Shown one piece after another: positions 1 to 15,666 of a stretch of DNA of 64,000 nt. The DNA is from Eledone cirrhosa. Its lineage: Eukaryota. The DNA lies in NCBI GenBank assembly GCA_964016885.1, contig OZ024742.1, positions 156,798,001 to 156,862,000 on the forward strand, in the 5' to 3' direction. The position numbers were made by a program, and so were the translations under genes. The notes beneath the pieces were generated by a model. It was not told the DNA's origin. It saw only the letters and a program-made list of their open reading frames with translations, and made no database searches. Within the stretch, counting starts at the first letter, position 1; each line of letters starts with the position of its first letter.

Positions 1-1857
1 TGTCCTACAACCGTTCATGTCCTCTTTTAAATGTAACACATACCAGTAACATATATTAATAGGTAATAAATTGATTTTTCCACGTATATATGACAAGCAT
101 TGGACTTTCTCATATTCAGAAATAGTAAACCTTACATGAAAACATTTTGTTGTATTGTATTCATAATTCAAACCTTATAGAGCAGAAACAGAGTCAACGG
201 CGTTCCACCAATATTCCTAATATTTCATTTATATATAAATGTATCCATTAACCTATGTAGACTTACTCTTTTACCTCGATAAGTAGTGCGTTTAAGAACA
301 AAATTAGCTGTTCAACCCTTCGAACCACATAAAAGCAGGCAGAGGACTCTTCGTGACATTGAAATACATTAGTTGAATTATTAGTTAGTATTAAACTAGT
401 TTTAGAGATTAAAAGTATGAACAATCCGGACACTGCACTTTGACTTTCAATAATTGCAAATGGTATATGTGTGTTAAGGTTTGGTAATGAAAGAGTAGTA
501 ATCAGAAAAACAAGTATTTAGAGCATATAACACGTAGAAGTAAATTAGAGAGGGCATGCTTTTTGAAAACTGGTGTCACTTAAGATGTCATCTTGTTTAA
601 CGTTTGTATTATATGAGGGTATTTTGCAAAGCTAATAAAACCACCTCTAATAAGGAAACAAGCACGATTATGCAACTTGGTAGATGAGTGTTCTTGATAG
701 TACCGTGGCACAAAGTTATTGTTTGTATGCTCCATAGCCATATGTAAAATCAGTAAAAATCATGTTTTATATTCTGACCCCAATGTTATTGATGAAATGT
801 TAGTCTATGTGCGACTAAAACATTAAACTATATGGAATCCATATGCTATCCCAACAGAGCATATCATTATAAAGGTTAAAAACATTAGAATGGACATATT
901 TGGAAATGTGTTGATCATAAATCTTCGCAGGCAGAGCAAACCATGAATGCCAATGAAAAGTGAAATAAGGATGGTAAACACAATCTAAGTGAGAATTAAC
1001 CTGCAAGTTACACGAAAGAAATGTAAACACAACAAATATGAAATTATATTAGGTAAATCAATCTTGTGGAGTCTCTATCGCCCCAGACATTCAAAACCAG
1101 TATGCAATAGAAATAGGAAAGCCACAGATCTTTATTTATGAGAGGCAGATGCAGTTTAATTATTATAAATAAAGCACAATTCCCTGCACATTATAACGGG
1201 TTATCAGAAAAATAAAGGATGGACTCACTGGCTAATTTACTCTGAAATATATCTTGAAACAATAAAGACAGTATCTCGGATAAAATGTGTTTCATTCTTG
1301 CGGATTGCAGCTCTGGGAATAAACATAAACAAAAGCAATGACGATGCTAATATGATATGGAACCGAACATATATTTCAAAGTGAATAAGTGTACATGTAA
1401 AAGTGATATAATTAAAATAAAATATCTAAAATCAAATGACTTTAGATAAAATGTGCATTTGTTATAATGTCTATAGTACACTTCATTTAAGTTGTAGAAA
1501 CATATAATACTGATATTTCTCATCTTTCCAAGTGTCGGAACACAAACCAAAAGAAAGAAACTATCAATTAAGTAACGATGTGCATGCGATAAAAAGGATT
1601 TCTTAATTGAATATGACAATATTCAGTTACCAATTTATCCTTGTCTAAGCACATCAGTTTTAGTTTAAAAGAATTTCCTCATGAAATAAAGAAAACCTCA
1701 ATTACATTACAAGTAAACACTGTGATTTGTAAGCATATACCTGAGTGTGAGAGAATGAGAAGGCGAACAAAAGAGAGGAAGAGAAATGGAGAGATAGAAG
1801 GAGTGGGAGAAAACTAGAGATAGAGAGAAAGATATAAAGATAATAAATGTGACAGAC

Positions 1858-1956
<99 letters not shown>

Positions 1957-2474
1957 AAAGGAGAGAATGTGAGATGAAAAAAGTAAAGTATAATAATATT
2001 GTAGCAGTATAGAGTTAAGTCTGAACCATTTATTAGAAACGTAATTACAAATTGTTTCATTTTTTCAAAGGAAGATTAAAATATGTAAAACACCGAGAAT
2101 TATTCTTAGGAAAAGGTAATAAAAGAAAATCAAATGTATAGTGTATATTAAAGTTAATTATTTTGGAAAGTTCTTTGTGAATTCTCATATAGCTTCCTAC
2201 GGATATATTTTAAGTTTTATTTTGTATTATTTACATTCGCTTGTTTCTTATATTCATTTTGAACTCCAGCTATTTGTGTTTCTGCATCGCAAATTTGTTC
2301 GGAAATCCGAATGACATATTGTACGTTAATTGATTCCGTTAAAGAAATGTATCACATATAGACACATACATTCACAAATATACATATAAGTAAATAAACA
2401 ATTATATATATAATATATACACACATACGCACACACAAACACACACACACACCCACCCACCCACACACACACAT

Positions 2475-2545
<71 letters not shown>

Positions 2546-2672
2546 CATATATATACATACATATATATATATATATATGCAGCAGTTATATTCAATTTGC
2601 TGGGATTCAACAACCTTAAAATGTTTATAACTGATATAAAGCACTGAACAATTTAGTGGAGTAAATACACAA

Positions 2673-2913
2673 TATATTAATAAATGGAAATTATATTTGT
2701 AAAACCATATTTATTTTATTATATATATATTTCAAGGGCAACCAAGGCAAATTATGGTGCGCTTTCCAAGAAACTCCAACCGTCAAGGTTGTTTTTTTCG
2801 GGTATGTCAATATTTATTCATAAAACAAATCTGATGGAAGCGCACCATAATATGCCTTGGTTGCCCTTGAAATATATATAATAAAATAAATATAGTTTCC
2901 ATTTATTAATATA
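2673..2913. repeat. Small fold-back (inverted repeat) element
   Basis: Arm tatttcaagggcaaccaaggcaaattatggtgcgct (~2718-2763) is the near reverse complement of agcgcaccataatatgccttggttgcccttgaaata (~2839-2874); the AT-rich outer arms also match. Confidence 0.75.
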
Positions 2914-3018
2914 TTGTATTTTAATAAATATTTGCTCTACGGTTCTTATATATTTGATATATATTTATCCTTATCGAGCCCTCTTTGGATTTTAGTCTTC
3001 GAATTTATTATTATTACT
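2914..3018 (+). mobile_element. Isolated terminal tail of the PLE family at 45465-47905
   Basis: Reverse complement of 45465-45567 (ccttatcgagccctctttggattttagtcttc); ends in (TA)n. Confidence 0.75.
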
Positions 3019-3034
3019 ATATATATATATATAT

Positions 3035-3108
<74 letters not shown>

Positions 3109-5547
3109 ATATGTCCGTATATATAAACCGACAATCGGTTATTGGAATGGCTTAATAATTATAAATATTTATTTTTCTTGCATTAATCGAAACTGTTTCT
3201 CTTTTGCTTTTGTCTTTTTTATTCAATACTTAATATCAAGTGGTGTATTATTTTTAAAGCATTAGAAGTCCTGAAATTTAATTTTTTTTTTTCAAAATGA
3301 ATGCTGTTAGTTTTACATATATCTTGCTTGATTAAACAGAATTCAAAAGGAAATATAAAATAACTTATATACGTATGTATGTATTTATGTGTGGATATAT
3401 ATGTGATTTTGAATGTATGTTTATGGATGTATGCAGACATCTTTATATATATGTACGTAACCTTATATATATATTCACATATGCATACATACACATACAT
3501 GTGTGTGTTCATATGTGTTTAGTCATGTATATAAGTTTATATCTATATAAGTTTATATCTAACGATTATATAATAGTAACTATAATCTTCTTTTTTTAAA
3601 TATATATACAACCGGGTAATTTTGAAAATCTATTATATGAATAGAATGATAAGATGTTTAAATATAAATATGATAAGTTTGAAAGAATATGTACCTTTTA
3701 ACATTAACATCTTTAATTTAGAGATCACCTGAATAAATTTTAGGATGTGTAACGTGTGAATAGAGATGCGATTCAGGAAATATAAAACTAAATTAAATAT
3801 GTTATAAAATGGACAGTTTTCATGAACCATGAAGGAAACCTCACAATTCCAAATTTCATTGGAGAAAACCTGCTTCATAGATGGATGCAATAAAGAACAA
3901 CTAACTTTATAACACTTGGTTAGTGAGTTCAATTCGTCGCGTATTCTGAAATGTCAGATATATCTCTTTCTTCTTACAAAGAAAATATATATGTGTTATC
4001 ATTTCGTCTTAATAGGACGAATGAAAAAATGAATGAAAAACAAGAGTGACTGTGTAGTTAATCTATGGTATTTGTGAAAAGGACTAGTGAGCTATGCTGG
4101 GAGAAAATGTGAAATATGAATGAAGAAAGCGGTACATTATTTAACTCGGCTGAACGAAATATCAAACATGATCCAAGTCAAATTTTAGTCAATTGACTTG
4201 GGAAATAATGATTTCTCATTTAGGCCGATGAAAGTAAAGGTCCATTATAGCAAGCCCGATAAATGAGAAGTAATTTAATGTATCGATCCAAGAAGCATGA
4301 AATATAAATGTGACATCGAAAATGAACAATTATAAAGAAAATGAACAATTATGTCAAACAGATTCTCAGATGTTCCGCTGATTCTTCGAATCCAACGTAC
4401 TTTGTGTTTGGAAATAAAGCAAAGTGGATGATCAAAATATCAGTTAGAGCAGACTGCTAGAAATTGAGTTTTGTAATGTTTGTTAAGAAATAGAATATTG
4501 GAAATATAAAGCTGTAAATAATGAAAATTATAAATAATTATTTAGAATCTGTAACGTTTTATAATTATTTCGTCGTATATTGTGCAATCCATCATCCTTC
4601 TAATCATAAGAATATTTTACAGAATTTTAAGGTTCCAGATACGTAATGTTTCTTAAATCTCCTCGAAAAATTGTGCGATTCTTAAAACATAAATGAGATC
4701 TAGACCTAAGGAGCTCCAGTGCGAATAATTTTGAAAAGCTGTTTCCATATTGCCCTGTCTATTTCATTGTGCTTTTGTAGAAAATGATGGCAGTAGACCA
4801 GCTGTTGTTCTTTTTTCATAGATATTGAATATTGAACTTGTCGTTTGTTTGCCATACAATTATCCAGTAGCTCTAAACCTACTCTTTTGTAGGCGTGTTT
4901 TATTACAGAGATTGCGTTCCTCAGGTTGAAGCTATAATATTTGTGGTATCTGATAAATGAGCTATTACAAATTTATTGAAGATGGTTTATTTTCTTATAC
5001 TGATGTTCTCACTTAAATTGAGGTCACGAAATTATACAATGTATATTATTCGAACACATCTGTGCAGAGACATATACATATTAGTAACTTTGAAGCAACG
5101 AAGTTCTATGGGGTTCCACCGAGGTAAAATAGGAATCAGATACTCCATAGGTATAATAAATGCCGAGGACCACCGACCGGAATGTATCATTCTACGTCTA
5201 ATGACATAATCTTAGTAGTTAAGATTTGTTCAACGCTCACTTAAACCTTCAGCAACAAGGTGTTTTCTCTACTCCCTGATATTTATATTTCATGTTTGTT
5301 TTATATATAAATATCCGTGAGTAGACGGCGTAAGTCTTTAAATGTTTCTACCTCGTATTTCCAGAATAAAAATCATCGTTGTTCACACCTGGGTTAAACT
5401 TTCCTTTTAGATTTTTGTTAAGCGAACAATTTAAATTAAACACACGTGTATACCGGCATGTAGTACATTCTTGCGAAGCGTTCCTTGATTTATTTATTTA
5501 TATAGTTTCCGCTCTGTTTGGTGATATACATCTGATATAATATATAT

Positions 5548-5727
5548 AATTGTTTCTACATTTGGCACAAGGCCAGCAATTATCCCAGTGTATTACTGTT
5601 ACTTTATTTTATCGACCCCGTAAGGATGAAAGGCGAAGTTAACCACGGCAGGATTTGAACTCAGACCATAAAGGGCCGTAACTATTTGCTGCAAAACATG
5701 GCGGCCAACCCTCTACCTACACTGCCA
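5548..5727 (-). mobile_element. tRNA-derived SINE (octopod-type)
   Basis: Minus strand has A-box-like TGGCAGTGTAGG and B-box GAGTTCAAATCC; body tttatcgaccccgtaaggatgaaaggc is shared with other copies in the window. Confidence 0.85.
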
Positions 5728-5836
5728 TACGTAATGTTTATAAAATTATGTAAACATATTTGTATGTGTGTATGTATATAAGGATATATGTATGTCTGGC
5801 TGTATATATATATATATATATATATATGTGTATGTG

Positions 5837-5886
<50 letters not shown>

Positions 5887-6516
5887 CGTGTGGGTGTGTG
5901 TGTGTGTGTTTGAATGTGTGAGTGCGTGTGTGTGTGTATGTACGAATGCATGTATTCATATATATCTTCGTTTATGTATATATTTACGTATGCATACACG
6001 AATACGCTCTGTCTGTAGATTAACGTTTCATTCCGATTGCCAAGCATCTTGTTACTTAATTAAATTAAATATATATGTTATAGGTGTAATGCCTCGTTCT
6101 ATTCTTCATATTCTGCAGCACCGTTAAACGTTACACATTTTATACAAAGACTTGCACATATTTACTATCTCAGCATATCAGTACTCAACTATTGTATCAT
6201 AGAAAGGTTGATCACTATATTGTACCTTCAATTAAATAAGTAATAAATGTGATTTTTTAAATATTTGAATCGTAGATTCCATTGTAATAGTCAATAGGTA
6301 TGATTCTTCTTTATTATTGATCTTTCTAAACTTCTTTTACAACGATGTTTTCTTAATCATTTGCGGTATGATGCGTATGGTATTTTTATTATTAGTTTAC
6401 ACAAATATTGTTTCAAGTGATCATTTATTTACAGTCTATTTCTTATGTTGGCCCACTTTGAAGCCACCTTACCTTACCGTTAGGTATATGTGTGTGTGTA
6501 CATATATATCTATCTA

Positions 6517-6599
<83 letters not shown>

Positions 6600-8045
6600 C
6601 TGATGTGTGTGTGTGTATGCATCTATGTATATGTATGCATAAATACATATAAACGCACACACACACATAAACACACACACATATATATATATGTATATAT
6701 ATATATATATGTGTCTGTGTGTGTGTATATATGTGTGCGTGCGCATTTTATATGTATATATATATATTCCTCATTAATTATAATGTTGGCATAATTCTGA
6801 GGCACTCTCCTAAATCAAACGAAGTATATATCTAATTGTGCATAACGTTGAACACAGCCTAAAGCAAAACGTACGTTGTTGTTTCCCAAAATACCAATAA
6901 AAGGGAATGCACGTTAAATGTATGTGTATTAGCAAGTAACACAGCCTAAAGCAATGCATACATAGTTATTCACAGAAAGCCCATCAAAGGAAGTGAACGG
7001 AATGCGAACATCTATGTGTTATATACGAACTCTTCCATCAAATTTCAGCCGACTATTTAGTGTTGCAAGATAAACACTCTATATATATATACACATACAT
7101 GCATATTTACATATATATATATGTATATATATATATAGATATATATACACACACACAGACAGACACACACAAACGCACATATATATATAGATAGATACGT
7201 ATATAGGTGTGTGTTAGGGGTGTGTTGTTTACTATTTTGCTTTTTTTTTTTTTTTTTTTTTGAATTGTGTTCAGAGAAAAAGATTGATAGAATTTAAATA
7301 AGGAAGAAAATATATAAATGGAATGTAAATTTTTATTTCGAACTTTCTACCGGAAATTAAACTTGTAGCAAATCGTGACCCAAAGACTGGAATGCCTTCA
7401 CATCAGAAGGACGATTCCATTGAAGATGATGTTAACTGGGGACGAAATATTCTCATTGAAATATGAGAAATGGGAGGTGTAAATTTAAAGCGGAATTTTT
7501 ACTAATGCCACCGCCTATAGAATTATTTCAATACTGCGTACATAGAAATTTATTTAAATATGATTTTACTTTCAGATGGTTACTTTTTACATTTGATTTT
7601 GATTGTTATTTTGTATTTATTTTTTTTTTCTATGTAAGCAATGTCATTATTAATTTAGTCTATACAAAAGAACGTAATAGACTGTTGTAATTTTATATAT
7701 ATATAAAAAAAATATTGCTACGAAATATTTCTAGAATATTCATATATCTCATATTACACATACATTTTCAACACTTAGAATCTCATATTCATCTCTCATT
7801 GAAAAGTATTTTTCATCCAATTTTAATATCATAATTGTATGGTGTATCGTTAAATAAACTCACTCATATTCTATGTCGAATTCGAAGGAAGTATTTTGCC
7901 TTTAAATTCTTCCATATTATTTCAAAAGCAAATGTGTTCTTACTGAACAGCTACAAGGACAGTTATACGATTTTATAGAAAAGGAGTTAGCTGAGAAATT
8001 GAAAACAATAATGATAGGTAAATAAAATAAAATAAGGATAATTAA

Positions 8046-8157
8046 TTGTTTCTACTATTGGCACAAGGCCAGCAATTACCCAGTACATTACTGGTACTTT
8101 ATTTTATCGACCCCATAAGGATGAAAGGCAAAGTTAAACTCGGCGGGATTTGAACTC
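8046..8157 (-). mobile_element. 5'-truncated SINE with target-site duplication
   Basis: Same SINE body, flanked on both sides by aaaataaggataattaat. Confidence 0.85.
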
Positions 8158-9639
8158 AAAATAAGGATAATTAATATGAATAAATTAGTTTCGATTGTAA
8201 CGTGATATGTCAATCATGAATACAAGTATGCTAAGAAAAGGCAAATATACTAGAACGGAATGAATATTAACACCGAAACCCCTGAATTAAACTCAAATTA
8301 CACACCTACAATATTACGTGTTGGTCGATCTATATCATTCTTTTAAATATATGTTTTCCCTAGCAATCAGAGCAATTTATTCAAATTTGATTTCCTAATC
8401 AGCGTGCATTAAATAATGTAAATTTAGGATGAAATATACTGAAATTAAGTGATGCATGACCTAGATATAAAATATGTTTATAACACAGGAGAAATATAAT
8501 AAATTCGTCTACAGATAGAATATGGATGTACGGCTTCGGAAATGTTGTCTAAGTTAAGAAATGAAATTGTCAGACTGGTCTCACATTATCTACTTATGTA
8601 CACACCGAAAACGTATGTGCTTATATATGTCTAGTTCATTCTATTCCACACTGTGACAGCTTCGAAATGTTCTACAAATTATATGAGTGTAGTCTGTCCT
8701 ACATTTATATTATACAAAACACTCTGCGTAGTCTAACAATAATGTAATTAATCTTCTAAGTCATTCCATCATCATTTTCTCTTTAATTTATTTCTGTTGC
8801 ATCTTATCCGTTACATCTACGCATACTTACTTCATGTATACCTGGTTCTGGTCTAATTCTCTGATTTCGGTGCCAGTATTCAATTCAATCTTCTATGTTA
8901 TAGTTAATTTACTTTTTACTTGAGGAATGCATCGCCAGTATCTACGATTGTACTATCCTGTCAAATGAATTTTAGTAATCAATTCAGGTAACACTAAAGT
9001 TTTATATCTTTCCGCTTTATTTTGCTTACTTTTAAAATGATTATGATCATTGATGGAACATTTGCCTCACAGTCAGACTTTTTGCGCCGGTTTTAGTAGT
9101 ATTAATACCTTCTCGGAGATATTGTAGGTGTGGACGAGAAATAGATTGCGTGGTCTACGCGACTCGAAGGTCTGAAGACAGATATTTCCTCTTCGGTCAA
9201 GCACTATTCAACCTTTTCTAGTTCCACTTCAAAAACAAGGTGATAGGGAAAGATGCGTGCTGCTCCCACCACAAGATGTATGTTAAAACGTGGGTGAATG
9301 TACCGAGGATGAGCCGAACGGCTGGGACTTTTTTGAGCATCTTACTCCTGGCTGAAGTATTCAGAGAAAAAAGTGGCTCCTTCCGAAGGTGTTGTTGGCG
9401 CTTCGGATGGCTTCGAATGACTTCGGGTAAGTGATGTTCCTGAACTACCCCTGGATGATGCTCCCTGTTACTTGGGAATTTTGCTGTTATTTATTTAATC
9501 CTCATTGTTTTTTGTTTCTTCTTTCACACATTTTATGTAAATCTCCACTGTCCCTGTTCTTTTATATTGTCCTTTATATTTCTGCCCTAGTGGCCAATAA
9601 ATAACTACTCATTATCATACTAATAATTATGATTAGTAT

Positions 9640-10008
<369 letters not shown>

Positions 10009-11086
10009 CAACCTTATCATAATGATGATACCTGTGGAGATGATAAGTACACTATTCATTCCAAACATATGCCATCAATGTATTCTTAAAGATTAATGTA
10101 CAATCATTTCAGCCCAGAGCAATACTAATATATTATTATTTTTTCTTTGAATAAGTTAGGAGGAACTGAAATTGGCAACTTTTCCACCTGTTCAACAATA
10201 ACCATAGTGCAATAGTGTAGTTGCAAATATATCGCAATCGTCTTTGGTTCCATGTTGACCTTCAATATTATAACATCAAAGATTTTATAGTGTAGACATT
10301 AGGGTTTCGTTTGACTACGAAACACAAGACATTTATTTCATTTGAAAGCAAATAATGTTTATATCTTTGAAAATATTATTAATGACAAAATGGAACGTAA
10401 CTTGGAGGCAGACACAAGTTTATGGAAAATTATATTTCGATGTATAGCAATATCCAATGAAACATATTGGTGATGAGTAATATATAGAATCCATTAAATT
10501 CCAAATGCTTCTAGCTTCAGGTTCTCTGTAGTGATACAACGATATATTATATGTTCATTTAATATACTCTATTCACCATTTTATACAGGATATTAAAGTT
10601 GATTCATTCACACCCTATTCTCGTTATTGGTGTGAATGCATGAAAGAATTAGGGGAAGGCGACGATAAATGACGCGAATGATTTTCGAGTACTTATACCA
10701 GATTTCCCGTGAGCGTTTGAAATAATACTCGCCAGATAATGCGTTGAATATGCATTTCGTCTCGTACCTACTGACGTGTTGAACCTACACAGTATGAAAT
10801 CTAAAATTCGGGGACCCTGGTGAACGAAGGTAGCAGAAATTAGTTCTAGTGAGACTTGAAGGGTAAGTTCATCTTCATAAATTACCGTTAGGCTTAAAAT
10901 ATATGAGGCAACCACCTGTTGTCTTCCACTAGGAATATGAAAACGATTGGTTATAAGTCAGTAAATTGAATGCCAGTGTCTCGAACCGTTAAAATGTCTA
11001 TTATTTACAGTAGATATTGAACATATAAAGTATTAAGTTTGCAAAGTATGTAATTTGAATCAAAAATAAAATATATGGACATTCAC

Positions 11087-11291
11087 TATCATCTAATTAA
11101 TTAATGAAGAATCTTGTACATTTGAATAAGGTAACACGATAATTCGATCGGTCGTAGTAAAAGCGATTGAATCATGACACATAATTGTCGGGCAATTGAT
11201 AATGCGTAAATTGAAAATGTAGATGTGCCAATCTAAGTCGTTTTCTGAATACAGTGCGAAAATGTATATATATACTTTTTAATCTCTCTCT
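11087..11291 (+). repeat. ~200-bp repeat, direct copy at 20312-20515
   Basis: aataaggtaacacgataattcgatcggtcgtagtaaaagcgattgaatcatgacac is present at both sites. Confidence 0.9.
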
Positions 11292-12021
11292 GCCTATGAT
11301 ATATACATACATATATATATATATATTATGAATTATTAATTTCTGGTGTTGGCACCTTCCCAAATGCATTTAACACTAGGATAGAGTCGAGAGTATCGCT
11401 TTCGCTACCAACATAGTAAATAATGCTTCATTAGATTGACAGCAGTTACAGTTGGAATATGGACAGGAAGCAAGTTATTTAGTTAAATATGTATTATCTT
11501 TGTCACTGTAAGTTATGCATTATATTTTTTAATGGCTATGATTCGTTACAGGGATTGATTTCTATATTTCCATAAAATGCTCAGCCATAAAATGTTAAAA
11601 ACAGTATTAAGTTATTTAGAAATGGATATGTTTTAACTGATTGAATGGTATTTGATTCTATTTGAGTCCCCATTTTGTAAGGAAACGTTTGGTAGACACG
11701 AACTTATCGTTGTAATTACTTAGCCAAAGCAGGCGTTTGAGGGATAGAATCGAGTGCAATGACATAACAACAGAGTTCCCATATTCATTCTGTACATTGA
11801 CTTACTCCGATTCTCATTATATCACCAACAACGCATCGTATTTTCTAAACAATCCCGTATCTATATTATACAATAACGAATATAAAACTATGCATTTATG
11901 GAAATATAATTTTACCGTATATATTTCGATATTTTATTATATAAGAAATACTTCTATCCTTATTAAGATGCATGTTGTTTCCTCTCTCTATCCCTTAGAT
12001 TATTGTTTCAATAGCTCATAT

Positions 12022-12072
<51 letters not shown>

Positions 12073-12115
12073 CATAAATATACACGGGTGTGTATGATTG
12101 TGTATAGAGGATTAT

Positions 12116-15100
12116 AATAATAAGAGGAATTCCAACTTTATCTGATTTACTCGTTTTATTTACAATCCTTTAAAATGTATAATGGAAATTATATGATAGA
12201 ATATTAAATGTTAAATGTTAATTGAACAAGTACTTTCATGCTTTCGCAATCTTCAGGATCATAGTGTGTGTTGACAGTCAAGTTTGCAATTTTCATCTGT
12301 AATGAGATGGGTAAATTGTGTAACTTATATACAGTGAAAATGGCTCCAGAATGCTAAATCATGCAAACTGTATTTCGACCAATCGGTGTGTAGTTTCACT
12401 GAATTACTAAAGCTGATTGGTTTAAGCGTCACGGTTGGTTGAGCATGTCTAGCGACCAATAATTGATCCTATCCAAAGCATCAATTGTTTTCCTTTTTGT
12501 AGAAATGTTGAAAATAGCATTTTCTAGTAATCATCACCATCAACATCACTTTTATTATTATTATTAGTGTTGTTGTTGTTAGTGGTCGTAGTCATAGTAG
12601 AAGTAATACCCCTAAGCGTTATTATTGTTCATTTAGCTTGGGTTTGAATTTATCAATACAATTCTTTTCTTTGATTTTTCTCTTCATTTCACTTGGGGTG
12701 TGTAATTTGTAGAATTGGAATATTTTATATATTCCTGACCATATGTTGCTAGATAGTTACTTAGGGGTATCTGACGGACATTTGGGTCTCTGATTTGCTG
12801 ACGGTATACCCGTGTACGTTCCGATAGTGCATTTCCAGTTTGACCGACATATAGTTCTTCACAATTCGGGCATTTAATGCAGTAAATTAGATTTCTGCTT
12901 TTGAAGTTCATATTTGCATTTGGGAATATTTTTCCAGTTTTTATTTTCATATATTGACCGGCGTGTATGGATCGACATGTGCCGCATCGACTATCATTGC
13001 ATTTAGATACAGTGAATGATTGGTCTTTGTTGTTAAGGTCAAACTTTGCTTTTGTTAGTAATTGCCTCAAATTTTTTCGCTGTCTTTTACTAAGTGTCAA
13101 AATCGATCTGTGATTAAGCCTTTTAATTCATTACTTTGAGCAAAGATCGGTAGGTTTACTTTGGCAGCGTTGAAGATATTCTGGTGACATGGGTTGTGTG
13201 TCATTATAAATGGTATGACCAGTTCTTGGTTACTTCTTCCTTGGGTTGTCCTAAGTTGTTGTATAGGTATTTTTAATAGCCCGCATTATGCCATTTTTAA
13301 TAAGTAGAGATGGTATTTTTGTTTGAGCAAAAATTCTCTTAGTTCTGTTAGGCGTTTGTACCTGGTATTCGTATCTTCTACAATGGTACAAATTCTTCTG
13401 GCTAGGTAGTATAGGATGTTGCGTTTTGTATGAGGTGGATGGCACGACTTAAAATTCAGATATTGATGGGTGTCTGTGTGTTTATAATATATATCCGTGG
13501 TAATGGTGGTGTCGTTTTTGATTATCATTATATCTAGGAATGGTAATTTGGTCCTACTCATCTCTTTTGTGAATTGGAGAGATGGGTGTAGGTTATTCAG
13601 GAGGATATTGAACTCATCCAGAGTATCTAGAGATTCTGTCCAGATGATGAAACAGTCGTCAAGGTATATCTTCCAAGATTATTCAATGTACTTTCTAAAG
13701 ACAGTACTATATGTTTCCTCTATTTATTGGTAGAGTTGTTGTTCTAAGTATCCCATTACAGAGGAGTTCGCGTAAACGGGAGCAAACTTCGTTCCCATCG
13801 CTGTGCCTCTAATTTGTATGGAATTCTTTCCATTGAAGAAGAAAGTGTTGTTTTCCAGAATAAGTTTAACTGCGTCTAATATAAATGGCGCTGTGAATCT
13901 GATGGGAATCAGTTCTCTATGTTTTTCCACCCAGTATTTAACCGCCTTTATTCCTAAATCATGTGTAATGTTGGTGTAAAGGCTTACCACATCAAAACTA
14001 AGTAGAAGTGAATTCGTTTCCGTGGTTTTGGGAAGATGGGACAGGAAGTCGATATCATCCCGGATGAATCTGGGTATGTGAATACATCGTGGTTTCAAAA
14101 TAATGTCTACAAAATTGCTTAGACGTGGGTGGGGCATGTTGGACCAGCAAAAATAGGTCTAAGTTTTAAGTCTTTGGGGTGTAGTAATTTAATGTACTCA
14201 CTGTTTTGTTCTTTTACTGCCAGTTGTATTTCTTTTGACTTATGAACTTTTGGTAGGTCATACAGGTTGCTGGGTTTTGGCTCAAAATTGGTGACGTAGT
14301 CTCTTTCCTTATCAGTAAGTGAGTTGTGGTATTTTGAAGCCAGGTTGTTGATCTTCTTCATGATGTTGTGGTCTATATTTGACGGTATTTCATGAAAGAA
14401 TGTTGTGCCTTTCAGTTGTTCCTCAACCAAATCCTTGTAGTATTCAGCATCCATTATAACAACGCACCCCTTTATCTGTTTGTTTAATTATTATTGTTTT
14501 ATCATTTTGTATACGTTTAAGTGCAGACATTTCTGATTTGTTAATGTTTGGCCTAACATTAGTATTACGTCTAAGAGGAAATGTAGACAGGATGTCAATG
14601 TATTGGTCGAGATAGCTATTTATTGCTTCTGGGGGAGTGAAATTTGATTTATTCTTTACTAGTAATTCATCACTCTCATTACCTTTCTCAGCGAAGAATT
14701 CTACAAGACGTAATTTTCGGCAGAATTCTTGGGTATCCTCCTTCAGTTCTTGGTGGTTGACTGTTGGAATCGGTGTGAATTTCAGTCCTTTTGACAGAAT
14801 TTGCATTTCATCATTGTCAAGATCTCTTTTGGATAAATTAATTATTTTAGGATCTACGTGTACTGTTTGTTTTGGGTATGTTTCCTCCTGACGTTAAAAA
14901 ATGGATTTTTCTCTGTTCAGGATTTATATTCCTGTTGGTGTTCGCTTGATGAACTTTTGGTCGTGATATTATATTTGGGTTCGTTATGTATTTTGTCCTA
15001 TTTTTGGTATTATGTATATTATTTTTCCTGTTAGCCCTATGTTTAACAATCTGGGGAAATGACCTAGGTTTGCTTTCAGGTTTACATCGTTTTTTCGCCT

Positions 15101-15666
15101 AGTTTCTTGTGGGTAATCTCTGTTGAGATCTTGAGAGTGATCTGGTTATTCGACGTTTTGTTTCCACATTCCTTGTTGGTAGTCTCTGTTGAGATCTTGA
15201 GAATGATCTCCTGGTTTTACTACTTCTCATGGTCTGGTCAAAGGAATATCTATCGTGTTTCTGCTTTATGTTCATGTTGTGTGCGATAGGGTGATTTGTA
15301 GAAAAAGCGAAGAGTTATTACCGTAGTTCTTCTTTGATTCAAGGTAAGGTGAGTGTTTGTGTTGGCACGTGTTCTGGCATATGTTGTGTTGGTGAGATTG
15401 TCCACTTTTAATGCTTTTCCTCAGGGTTCCAGATTCTTTACCGTAATTTGCAGCATATTCGTCGAGAAATAATTGTTTCTGCTGCCATACCTTTCTTGAT
15501 TTGTTTTCTTCTTTGGAGATATCTCTGATCTATAGTTCTCGTAGTTTTTCAGCTATAATACCAGACGTTAGCTTTGGAATTTCAGTTTCAATTTGGTCAT
15601 CGATAGCTTCATATTTGGCTTTGTAGTGGGATTGTTTACATTGAGAAATGGAGATGTCGATCCTGA
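12116..15666 (-). mobile_element. Penelope-like retroelement (Neptune-like), inverted arm; pseudogenised RT and GIY-YIG
   Basis: Motifs LSKGLKF, DKG, LRPI, SFDVVSLYTNI, GTAMGTKFAP, YLDD, LPFLD, Cys linker CNDSRCGTC and NLIYCIKC..LYVGQT. Confidence 0.95.
12223..12261 (-). ncRNA. Minimal type I hammerhead ribozyme in the PLE 3' end
   Basis: gauc CUGAAGA u UGC gaaa GCA u GAAA guac UU guuc; stem III region is palindromic (AAGUACUU). Confidence 0.75.

Noticed and set aside
1707-7200. Many ORFs rich in YI/IY, HT or CV
   Set aside because: They are translations of (TA)n and (CA)n microsatellites; the same applies to similar ORFs across the window.
9070-9480. GC-richer segment resembling a LINE ORF1 or exon
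   Set aside because: Stops in the plausible frame and no motif I can name.
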